NCBI RefSeq assembly: GCF_008831285.2
Contig: NC_045138.2
Span: 25,482,001 to 25,546,000 of the forward strand
DNA from: Nymphaea colorata
Taxonomy: Eukaryota
Length of the DNA: 64,000 nucleotides
Direction: 5' to 3'
In this document: piece by piece, positions 51,087-63,000 of the stretch
How positions within the stretch are numbered: the stretch's first letter is position 1
Layout: every line of letters begins with the position of its first letter
Notes under the pieces: generated by a model
The model's input: the letters and a program-made list of their open reading frames with translations, nothing else
What the model was told of the DNA's origin: nothing
Databases searched by the model: none
Made by a program: the position numbers and the translations under genes

Positions 51087-54000
51087 TTACCAAAAGTACC
51101 ACCGCTTCTTACTGCCCGAATCCTGTGGCTCTTCCTTCCTCCTGTTTGCCATTCCCTGATTCAGAGCTTCTAATCTTTTCCTGCGAAATAAACAAATATA
51201 TGGTCAGTAAATATGAAGGCATAAAACTTCTACACCGATAAGAGTACATGCAACAAACGACCAACCAATACTGCAAATTTAAGAACACAACGGCACATTG
51301 ACATATATTGGACATTTAAGAACACATTCTGCTTCAATTGCAGAGTCCAGATAACAAGTCAAATGGCGTTCAAACCAGCCATATTATCTGGTAATAGAAC
51401 TGTAATACGGTGGAAACTGGAGAGAAATTTGTGTGTTTGGGACCCTTGGATATGACATCGTGACTAAAAGTACAGGTTCTAATTGGGGATCCCACAAGTT
51501 GTTCGCAAGCACTCTTGGTTTCTAGGCAGCTTCAGTATTTGAAATTGTTAAGACGTGTTTATACTCAGTATTAGGCTTGAGAGGGCACTTGTGTAATAAT
51601 GTTTCTTTTAATGACTTTCTTGTAACTTATCCCTCTCCTCTAGTCTATATAAAGAGGAGTTAGGGATTCTTTCGATGTTAATCAAAGATTATTTCTCTTA
51701 AATTCATCATGGTATCAGAGCTCCAGCCGTCTCCTCCTCAGCGAGTTGTCGCCGACTGAGCGGCGCCGGCCGCCGCCTCATCGGCGTCAGTCGCCGCCGC
51801 CGCCCTTTGCCGCCCTGTCCATTGCCGCCCGCTGTCCATTGCCGCCTGATCCATCCCTGCTGCCCCTCGTCGCCCTACCCATTGTCTGCCTGCGCCGCCT
51901 CCGCCTGTGCCGCCTGCGCCCGTCTGCCTACGCCCGTCCGCCTGCGCCGCCGCCGCCCGTCTGCCTGCGCCTCCGCCTGTGCCGCCTGCGCCCGTCCGCC
52001 TGTGCCGCCGCCGCGTGTGCACTCCGCCCAGCACATCTTCGCCGCCGCCTCAATGCTGATTTTTCCTCTCTGCGTCTTTCCGCTGCATGCTGCTCAGCCG
52101 CTGCTCTGCACGCTGCTCCTCTGCTGCACGCTGCTCCGCCGCTGCTCTGCCCGTGGTTCTGCACGCTGATTTTCTTCTCAGCGTCGTCTCTGGTATCTCT
52201 CTTCGTTCAACTCTGCTGTTGCCTCTTCTCGCCGATCAGACTTCTGGATTGCTACCTGCGTTAACTGCATATTGCTTCATGATCAGCATGTTGTCTTTCG
52301 ATATGTGATTGTATTCTTTTGCCTGCACTTCCTATTCCGTGGCTCGGTTTCCTCCTTTGTGTTGAAAGATGTCTGAAATTAGTAGTAGCGCTAATACCTC
52401 TTCCTTTGTATCGTCGGGAGAGATGAAGAGTTCCCCATTTTCCAGCATTATCACCAAAATGGATGGGGGTAATTACGAGATGTGGGCCATGCAAGTAAAA
52501 AGAACTTTGATCGCCCATGAGAAGGAACATCTCATATTGGAGCCCGAGCCCGTACAGAAGGTAGGAAAATATACTACTTGGTTTAAAGATAATTCATTGG
52601 TTATGGTATGGATTGTTGGTACTCTCTCACAAGAAATTGCAAATGAAGTCTTGCACAAGGACAGTGCAAAGGATATGTGGAATTCCCTTGCTGCCACTTA
52701 TTCACAGGCAAGAAATGAAACGCGCATTATGCAGCTTCATCATGATATCCATCAGATGCGACAAGATGGCAGACCTCTTCACACTTATTATTCTAGTCTC
52801 AAGTCCATGTTTGAGAGACTGAATAGCTACTTTCCCGCATGCAAGTGTGAACAACAAAAGGCATACAGAGATATGCTTATGGTAGGGGTCTTTCTTTCTG
52901 GTTTAGACTCTGTTTATGAATCCGCAAAGAACCAAATGCTTACTAGTCCCTCGATTCCTCCTATTGATGAGGCTTACAGTAGGCTCAGCAGAATTCCGAT
53001 CTCTGCATCGACTGTTCCTGATACCACTTCTGCTATGCTTGCTACTCGTGGCAGAGGTGGACCCTTTTTTGCCAGAGGACGAGGGGGCCGTGGCCGTGGC
53101 AATACCCCTTCGCGCCCTGTATGTCAGTTTTGTCACCGCATTGGTCATACTGTGGATAAGTGTTGGCAGAAACATGGTCGTCCAGCTTTTGCAAATCAGA
53201 CTGTATCTACTGATTCTCCTGAGCAGCCTAAGCCTCAGCACACTGCCTCCTCCAGTGAGTTGCATGTAAATGACATTCTCTCTCAGTTGAGGCACTTGAT
53301 TGGCGACAGCGCCCATCCAGCCCCTGGTCCGACCACTTCTACTGTTCCTACCGCTGCGAGTGCTTCTTCATCTGGTATGTATTCTGCCTGTACAGTCTGC
53401 TCTCCTCCTGACACTACAGATTGGCTTATTGATTCTGGTGCATCGACACATCTCTGTGGGGATAAGACGCAATTCTCCTCTTACGTCCCTACTCCACCGG
53501 GTCGTTCGGTTATTCTAGCAGATGGAAAAGATTCACCAGTTGTTGGACATGGAGAGGTCCAACTTACTTCATCATTGCCGCTGCAGCACGTTCTTCATGC
53601 ACCAGAATTCCCCCATAGCCTACTTTCTATCAGTCAGATTACCAGAGAATTAAATTGTCGTGCTATATTTGACTCTTCCTCTCTTGTGTTTCAGGATATA
53701 CTGACGGGCAGGGTGATTGGCAGTGGCCGTGAACAGGGAGGTCTCTACAGGCTAGTGCATTCCTTTCCCTTTGCTGGATCTACCTCGTCGGGGTCGTCCT
53801 CATCCTCGGCTTATACTTGGCATTTACGTTTTGGACATCTCCCGTTTCAGAAACTGCTGCATGTTCTCCCTCAGCTGTCTCATAAGTCGTCTTTTCAATG
53901 TGAGTCTTGTCAGTTAGGCAAACACCATCGGTCATCCTTTCCTCCGCGGTCTAGTAGAAGTAGCCACTCTGTGTTTGAGTTACTTCATTTTGATGTTTGG

Positions 54001-57000
54001 GGCCCGAGTCGTACTCCTGACCTTCAGGGTCATCGGTATTATCTTGTTGCTGTTGATGATTACAGTCGTGTTAGTTGGGTTTTTCTTATGAAACACAAAT
54101 CTGAAGCGGGTCATGTAATCAAAAATTTTATCAATGAAATTCTGACTCAGTTTGATACTTGTGTCAAGATTGTGCGCTCTGACAATGCTCTTGAGTTCTG
54201 TGCTTCCTCTTTAGAACAATTTTTCAGGGATAAGGGTATCATTCACCAAACTTCTTGTGCCTATACCTCTCAACAAAACGGGGTTGCTGAAAGAAAACAC
54301 CGCCATATTCTTGATGTCGCCAGAACCATTATCATACACAGCCATGTTCCCCATTCTTATTGGGGAGATGCTGTTCTTACAGCATGCTATCTTATTAATC
54401 GCATGCCGTCATCCGTGTTGGGAGATCTTATTCCTTTCTCTGTTCTTTTTCCTGACAGAGAATTGTTTTCTGTTGCACCTCGTATTTTTGGATGTGTTGC
54501 CTTTGTTTAGTTGCTTGGTCCTGGGAGAGATAAGTTATCCCCTCGGGCTATCAAAACGATCTTTGTTGGTTATTCCCGCACTCAAAAGGGATATCGTTGT
54601 TATGATCCTTCTACTCGTCGATATTATGTGAGTGCTGATGTTACATTTTTTGAGTCCACCTCTTATTTCTCTCCCAATGGAACTCAATTAAGGGTGCCTG
54701 AATTTAGTGATGAAGTCCACCTTCCTTTACCTCTCATGAGTTATCCACAACCCGTTGCTTCGCGTTTTGGGGTTATCTACCAACGTCGCACTAAACCTGT
54801 TCAACCTGCCCCCTGTGCTCCTGTGCCTTCACCCAGCATGCCCAAGGTACTTCCTGAACACACAAATCCTGCTGACCATTCTTTATGTGATGATGCCACA
54901 GGGGACTCTCCAGAGCATGCTACTGGTCCTCATATTAATGAACTTGATATGCCTATTGCTCAAAGGAAAGGCAAACGCAGTTGCACTATGCATCCTCTCT
55001 CTGGTCATTTGTCCATGGCTCGACTCACTCCTACTTACCGACAGTTTGTCAAGGGACTGTCGGCTGTAGCTCTTCCACAGACTCCCATGGACGCTCTTTC
55101 TGATCCCAAATGGGCCGCAGCTATGCAAGAAGAGATGGATGCCCTTCAGTCTAGAGGCACCTGGACACTAGTTACTCCTTCATCTGATGCAGCTATTGTT
55201 GGTTGTCGATGGGTATTTACTGTTAAATACAGAGCAGATGGCAGCATTGAGAGATATAAGGCTCGCCTGGTTGCAAAAGGCTATACTCAGACTTATGGGG
55301 TTGATTATTATGATACCTTCTCTCCTGTGGCACGACATGCTTCTTTACGGGTTCTTCTCGCTGTTGCCGTCAGCAAGAATTGGTCTCTATCACAGCTTGA
55401 TGTCAAAAATGCCTTTCTGTATGGTGACCTACATGAAGAAGTGTATATGCAGCAACCACCAGGGTTTGTTGCTGAGGGGGAGTGTCAGAAAGTGTGTAGA
55501 TTGAGAAAGGCAATTTATGGTCTGAAACAAAGTCCTCGAGCTTGGTTTCAAAAATTATCAGAGAATATTGAGAATGAGGGCTTCAGACGTTCTTCGGCTG
55601 ATCATTCCCTTTTTGTCAAGAAAACTTCTACAGGTACAGTGATAGTTATTGTCTATGTTGATGATATCATTGTTACAGGGGATGATATTCAGGGGATTTC
55701 CAACATCAAGGGCGTCCTTGGACGACACTTTGTCACCAAGGATCTTGGTGAGCTACGCTATTTCCTAGGTATTGAGTTTGCCAGAAATCAGAAGGGTCTT
55801 ATCATGTGCCAAAGGAAATACGTTACTGATGTCTTGCAAGAGACAGGTATGCTAGGATGTCGACCTGCCTCTACACCCATGGACATCAATACTCGCTTGT
55901 ATGATGATGATACTGAAGATGTTGATGCTAGACAATATAGAGGGATTGTTGGGAAGCTCCTATATATCACTGTTACTCGACCTGATATTGCCTATGCTGT
56001 CAGCAGAGTGAGTCAATTTATGGATAAGCCCAAGAAAGTCCATTGGGATGCTGCCATGATGATTCTCAGGTATCTGAAAAATTCACCAGGAATGGGACTC
56101 TTCTTTCAAAATGGTACATCTCTCACTATATCTGTGTATGTTGATGCTGATTATGCGGGATGTCACCTTGACAGAAAATCCACTACTGGGTTTTGTGTGT
56201 TCATTGGATCCAACTTGGTTACATGGAAGAGTAAGAAGCAGACAGTGGTTGCCAGATCAAGTGCAGAATCTGAGTATAGAGCTATGGCTCAGGCTACTGC
56301 TGAAGTTATGTGGGTTAGATCTCTGATGTTGGATCTTACTGTGGAAGTGCCTCTTCCTATGCAATTGTTAGGTGATAACAAAGCTGCTCTGTTTATTGCT
56401 AATAATCCTGCTTTCCATGAGAGAACCAAGCATGTTGAAGTAGATTGTCACTATACCAGAGACATGATTCAAAAGGGGTTTGTAAGTACCTCACATATTT
56501 CAACTACAGGGCAAACTGCTGATATTTTTACTAAAGCTCTTGCAAGAGGACCATTCCAAAGTTGTTCCAAGTTGAGCTTGTTTGACATATACGCTCCAAC
56601 TTGAGGGGGAGTGTTAAGACGTGTTTATACTCAGTATTAGGCTTGAGAGGGCACTTGTGTAATAATGTTTCTTTTAATGACTTTCTTGTAACTTATCCCT
56701 CTCCTCTAGTCTATATAAAGAGGAGTTAGGGATTCTTTCGATGTTAATCAAAGATTATTTCTCTTAAATTCATCAGAAATAAATAAGGTATTTCCCAGAA
56801 CATGCATTAGCATTAGTCGTATCAAAGCATTGCATTGTCAAGCCTACCTACACGATGGATGGTGGAGTTGCATAGACAACTCTACCTTCAATGCAATGTC
56901 GGCATTTGGTAGAACTTTCACTTAAATTTGCAGAAAACAGGCATATCTATTCAACAATTTTATTTGACGTGTTGAGGCCAAGCCAGGCTTCAAAACTGTC

Positions 57001-60000
57001 ATGAGGCAAGGCATAGGCACATAAACATAAGCTTCATGACTAAATACTAAATAGTGAGGACATATAATATCAATAAAAAAAAAGAAATATATGAAAAAAG
57101 CAACGAAATTGACAAATATATAATTATATACAACATTGAATCATCTTAACAAAGAATCATGTTCAATAACCATATATCATGCAACAATAAGACAACTAAA
57201 TTACTTGATAGTTGGTAGCAATTGCGTAAATATAATATGACCTGAAAGAATTAAATAGAAAAGACGTGTTTATGTTTGGGTTTGGATCCAGGTTCAAACT
57301 GTGGATCCTATGGGTGTGTTTTTTTACCCAGGCACGTAAACAATGGCAGAAATGTAAATTTTGTATTATCTACTACTAAGCCATGTAAAAATGTGCTTGA
57401 TATTAAAGAGAATCAGGACACGCCCATTTCTTCTGAGGCTGCCATTAAACTGTTGGAAAAGCCTCTTCTTGCTCTGTCGTTTCTTCACAGGTCAACGACT
57501 TTGGACATCAAGTTTTGACTTCTGACATATGTACTTCAACAATCACATATGCTTAGTGCAAAACAAAAGAGACATTCCCCAAAAATATGGCCTGACACGG
57601 TATATAAAATGGCAATAACACAACTTTAAAAAAATGCTCCAGAACTAAATGAACATAACAAAGATCAGGATGGCAACATGGAGACAACTTGAACTACAAA
57701 GTGAGAAGGATTTCTAACAATTAAATATTGCAGGTACTAGCCTCTCAATCAACACTACAAGCTATAGTTGGACTGATTCATATACCCCACAGTTTCAAAC
57801 AGTTTATTGCAATAACGAAAACATTCCCCAAATTACAACTTCAAATAACAATTCAGTGTCAAGGCTATTCAAATGATCCAGCAACGAGAACAGCACAAGC
57901 TCAAGAATGCAAGAAGAGCAAATCATAATAATAAACAAAATCTTAAGTATCTGGACCTCAAATTATTCAATAATCAGGTCGAGGGAAACTCAACAAGGCT
58001 AAGATTTTGGAAGAACTATAAAAATCTAACAATTACACCAAAAGAAAAAACTGTATGACCAGCCATCTGCCCCACAGTTGCATCACTAGTTATCGTCCCC
58101 TCCAGCCAGATCCACTCACAGTTTTGTAGCCACATCAACAGGTTTCTCCATTCATCAAATCAATTTCCATGTTGCGCAACTGCCTTTGTGATTGTGGTCT
58201 CCTTCCACCCAAAAGGGTAGAGATAGAGAGAGAAAGAGGTGGCAAGGGGGTCACTGAAGTAGGTTTTATTTTCCTTAAGTTCTTAGGTTTGTCATTAGGT
58301 GCACGCTTTATATCTGAGGTGCACCCCAGCAAGAAGTGTGAGCTTCACAAGGAAAAATAGAGATAACCCTTATGTTAGCCATAATACATGGGACTGCACA
58401 AGCTTTGCACCAAGAGACACCTCAAGGCAGCTAGTTCATGCCTCACCCTGAAGTGTATGCTTTGAGGCCTGAAGCATATACCTTCCATAACATGCATCAC
58501 ACACCTTGTTTCCAAACAGAGTCCTCGTATATCTAGATACATGTTTCAAGCATTGAGCATTGAGTTTCGAGTATGAACAATATTCACAGCAAATCCAAAG
58601 GCTGTGATTCATAATCATGTAAGTCCAGCATTGACCACCAAGCCCATTATCCTCCTAGTCTTCTCTCAATTCATAAGGGTGTGCCTCAAAAATTCCAATT
58701 ATTCATTTTCATTAGTGCAAATCCAATAGGATAAACATACCTAAGAAAAAGTAACAGTGAAAAGGCCTTCCTACAACAGAGAGAAAAAGACTATTTATTT
58801 CCCAAAGATATATACATGGTTCAACTACAAAAAGCGCATGCATGGTAAAACATGGTGTAAATTGTCTGCATATAAGAAGAAACATAAGGTAAAAAGTACC
58901 TTGTGTCCTCGAGATTCCCATGCAAGCTCCACCTCTGTCTAAAACCTTCCATGCCCTCTATTCCACTTGCAAGAATCATGCGCCTGAAATTTTGTATCAT
59001 ACATGATCAGAGTAAGCAAGAGCTAAATTTTCTACCTCCCTATCTTATATCTAAAAGGGGGTGGATATTTATCTGAAGTGCTCGTTCAAAAGGGATGAAA
59101 AAATCACGAGATCTCATTAGGAAGAAAACAACAAAAAATCACCCAATATGTTACCCCTGGGAGGTCGTTGTTATGGGAAGAAACAAACAGCACAAAAGAA
59201 AGGTTAAAAAAGATATATATAATATAAGTGGTCCTTTATACTTATAGCACTATGCAGCTAGTACTCTAGATGGCCTAATGCATTTGGTTCAATGCTATAA
59301 TCTCAGGGAATTCATAAATGGACTTCATTAACAGTGAAACATATTGCTTGCTATTCAGAGGAACTTGAGATTTGAGAATAATAAAAGAGTAGTGACTGCA
59401 GTGTGAGTTAAAGAAATGAGAAAAGTAAAAGACAAGGACATGACCATAAACGTATTGTAGATCACAAGATTGCGCTGACCTATTACGTGTTTTACATACA
59501 TGATAAACTCATAATTATTCATGTAATAACTTCCAATGACATGCATGCTTGGTATACTGCTACTATATGCATCAAAGCCATTTTGTAATTGTCAGTATAC
59601 TGCACATCAACACCAAAGGTGCGACTGCCAGACCGGACCAGCTGGTTTTTTTTTTGCCATGAAGTGTGAGACGGAGGAAGCGGATAATTGCCCTAATCAG
59701 AATGCGCATGCTGGTCGGCGGGGAAAAAACGGAGGAAAGCCCAACAGGGATGGCGGGGAACGAGTGGAGGAACGCCCAACATGGATGGAGTGTGAGATGG
59801 AGGAAGCGGCAGAAAGCCCTACTCAAAATGCGCAGGCAGATGATGGGGCGTGTGAAGGAAATGGACCCGGTCGGTTGGGCAAAGCATTGCCCTGTCTCTC
59901 GTTGGTGCCCCTTCCAAGCTCTGGTAGCCATCTTAACCCTGGACCAGGGGATTTCTGCTGCTGGCTCTCCATCTGTGAGTTTCTTACATGTTGACCTCAT

Positions 60001-63000
60001 GTGAGTGAGGGCACCACAAATGTCACAAAATGAAATCCCGGATTCGTAGACAACCTCCTGTGAGATTTGTCGACCATCCCCCAAATCCAGAGAAACCCAC
60101 GGCACCTGGGAGAAATTAATTGGCACTTCAATCTTTACTCTTGCAAACCGACCTTCTCCCATTTGCCCGACCAGCTATCTTCCTCCACATATTCCTCTCG
60201 AAGGGCCCTCGCTATGCCCTTGTAGCAAGATTCATTCCATAGGTGGATCGGTAGCTGAATCACCTCATGTCCCCTTACCTTTTCATTTTATTAATGGAAA
60301 TGGTAGCTAAGTATCTTAAGGACAAATAATGAGGAGGGCCATTCGCCTCGCCTCCCCTCCTCTCTTAGAGCCATGCCTGATCTCCATTGCTTAATGTTTG
60401 CAGATAATCTCCTGCTATATAGTGTTGCTTCGTTTAAATCGCTAACCAGAATTAAGAGTGTCCTGAGTCAGCTAGAAGAGAGAGTGGGCTTCATAATCAA
60501 CAACTCCAAATCTTCTCTGATTACCTTTAACGTTGACACTCCACTAGAGCAAAGGTTGGCCAACATTGGTGGCTGGCAGGTTAAGCTGTCTATGGAATAT
60601 TTGGGTGTTCCTCTTTTTACAGGAGACTTAAACGTGGAGCTTTGCGCAGGGTTGATTACGAAATTTGAGAAGAAAATGGCACCCTGGAAATCCCAACTTC
60701 TATCCTATGTAGAGCGTGCATGTCTTATCACTCATAACCTGAGCTCCATGGATAATTTTTGGATGCAATCTTTCTCTCTCCCTCATGATGTAGTGAAGAA
60801 ACTGGAGAGATGCATGGCCAGCTTCCTTTGGGCTGATACTGAGAAAACCCGACATAGCTACCAAATTGTCTGGCGTACATTATGTAAGCCCAAGGTGGAA
60901 GGAGGGATTGGTATACGCCTTCTTGAGGATGTTAATGATTCCCTCCTAGCGAGCAGGTTGTGCTCTTCCTTTAATAACAACTCCCTCTTTGCTCAGTGGT
61001 GCAGGACTAGATATCTTAATTGTAAGAATTTGTGGACTGTGCGATAAGCCGACAACCATGGAAGGGATCTTGGGCTTGGAAAAGCTTAGGAAAAGGTTGG
61101 AAAAAGATAGCCAACTGGGTGAGGTGGAAGATTGGTGATGGCAAATTAGTCTCCTTCTGGTCAGATTGGTAGCATGATGAAATTCTGGTGAAATCCATCT
61201 GTGGGGAGGACTATGGTGTCATAGTCGATCAGCTGAAGCTTTGAGTGGTCGAGGTTAGGGAGATGGGTGAGGCCAGACTAGCTTTGCCAAGCAAGGTTTT
61301 AGCTGTGACTGTATGTATTCAACTAATGAGGCTGACAAACTAGTTAGTAATGCCCAAAAACTCAAGGATCTAAGCTCTAGATCGATTTGAGAAGCCACAA
61401 GGCACAAGGATAGTCAGGAAGGCTAGCGGAAGGGTATATGGAACAAACATATCCCAATCAGAGCTAGTTGGACTACTTACATTGCCAGCCACATGAGACT
61501 GACCACTCAAGACAAACTAAAAAGACACGGAATGCATTTGGCTAATAGATGCCACCTATGCAAAAGGGAGAAGGAAAACAATGTGCACATCATGTTCAAG
61601 TACTCAGTAGTACAGCAGGTGTGGAGAAAGGTGATTACAAGGTTTGGCACGAGTAGGCTCCCATGGCAGAGTATAGATAAGGAAATCCAGCTTTGGAGAA
61701 AGGTGTCGTTAAAGGCTAAATGGCTTAGAAAATGTTGGATGTTGCTTTTCCCAATCATGGTTTGGAAGTTGTGGTGGTTTAGGAATGAAGTGGCACATGA
61801 GAGAATGACCACAGTTACAACTGAACATATTTTCTCTGCTATTTTGGTGCTCAGCTGATGAGGCTTTTCAAAGTTTGCAGTTGGAGGAAGAGGAGCGAAA
61901 GGCAATGTCGACTTGGTTGTTGACTGGAATCCTGTTTAAGGGCAGGCTCTCAACCTTAAACAGGGAAGCTAGTGTGCTTCAAATTGTCACTTGTAAAAAG
62001 GGCATTAAAACCACGATGTTGGGCATGTGGAGCTTGAGAGGAATGGAATCCAGTGAGGCCTTACTTACTGAAGCTCACTCTCGGGACGATGATGCAGAAT
62101 TACACATGCTGAATGGCTGCAATCTATGGCGAGAGTCATGGCAGTTTTGGGATCATATCGAACAATGAAGGTTGGAAACGATGACTTAAAGCGATGCTGG
62201 AAGGCAGGAGGCCGATCAATCAGAAATGGCAACACATTAGGGCACTCAGCCAACGTATAAGGGTACTTTGCCAACTGCCTACTTTAGAGGCTGGGGAGCA
62301 GATGTGTCAGTATGGAGAACGAGATGCGAGGGATGATGGTGGTTAATGATAAGTAAGCTTTACAGTTACTGTTAGTGCTTTAGTCTACGCTTTTAATCAG
62401 GAGCAGCCACGCTGGTGGTTTTTTTGGCCTATTGGTGGCAGTTTTGGGGCAGCTGGGTTATGCTTGCCTGGGTTCTTTCTTTTTTTCTACTGCTGTGGCT
62501 GATGCTCAGCTTTTGTAAATCTTTCTTTTGTCCTGTACATAACTTTATTTTTTCTGCAATAAAAGGGAGGGAGCCTATCTCCCAGCAGCCATTTATTGGT
62601 AAGACATTTTCCTTGAGAGTCAAGATGTGAAACAGTTCAGAAGTGGGTTTTGAACCCTAAAATCTCAGCTGATGTTTTAAAAATTAAAAATATTATGATT
62701 CCCCCATCAACATCCTTCTTTATCTTGAATTTCATTTCTTATTCTTTCCAATTTCATTAAGCATTCATTCATTTGGACAAATATAAAGGTTCCACATAAT
62801 GAAAAGCATCAACCACTATGCTCCTTATAACTGATTAGGTTATCTATACGTTCTCCCACTCCCAATATAAATCACATTTCTGAAATTTTTTTGAGGGCAA
62901 TGCATTTCAGTAAAATAGCTTCACAAGCTACTACAAGACAAAACCTTAATTATTTGAAGCTTTGTGAGAGAAGAAATTTGGAAACTTGTGCCTAAGTTAA

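Larger units (their letters stand above)
51546..56775 (+). mobile_element. Full-length Ty1/copia LTR retrotransposon (short LTRs, Ale-like by inference), 5230 bp
   Basis: TG...CA LTRs, 5-bp TSD GAAAT (51541-51545 and 56776-56780), PBS, PPT, and gag-PR-INT-RT-RH domain order. Confidence 0.97.

Noticed and set aside
51109..51315. ORF ending EKIRSSESGNGKQEEGRATGFGQ
   Set aside because: Wrong frame of the terminal exon. Phase-2 splicing gives KRLEALNQG...RWYFW.
51738..52264. Gly/Ala/Arg/Pro-rich ORFs on both strands of the copia leader
   Set aside because: Expected from GC-rich low-complexity repeats that lack stop codons. Most start at non-ATG codons.
54508..54516. Programmed stop-codon readthrough signal
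   Set aside because: No CARYYA context and an atypical position. Kept only as an unlikely alternative.
58135..58470. Possible small exons in the host's last intron
   Set aside because: Not needed for the in-phase model and no supporting similarity.
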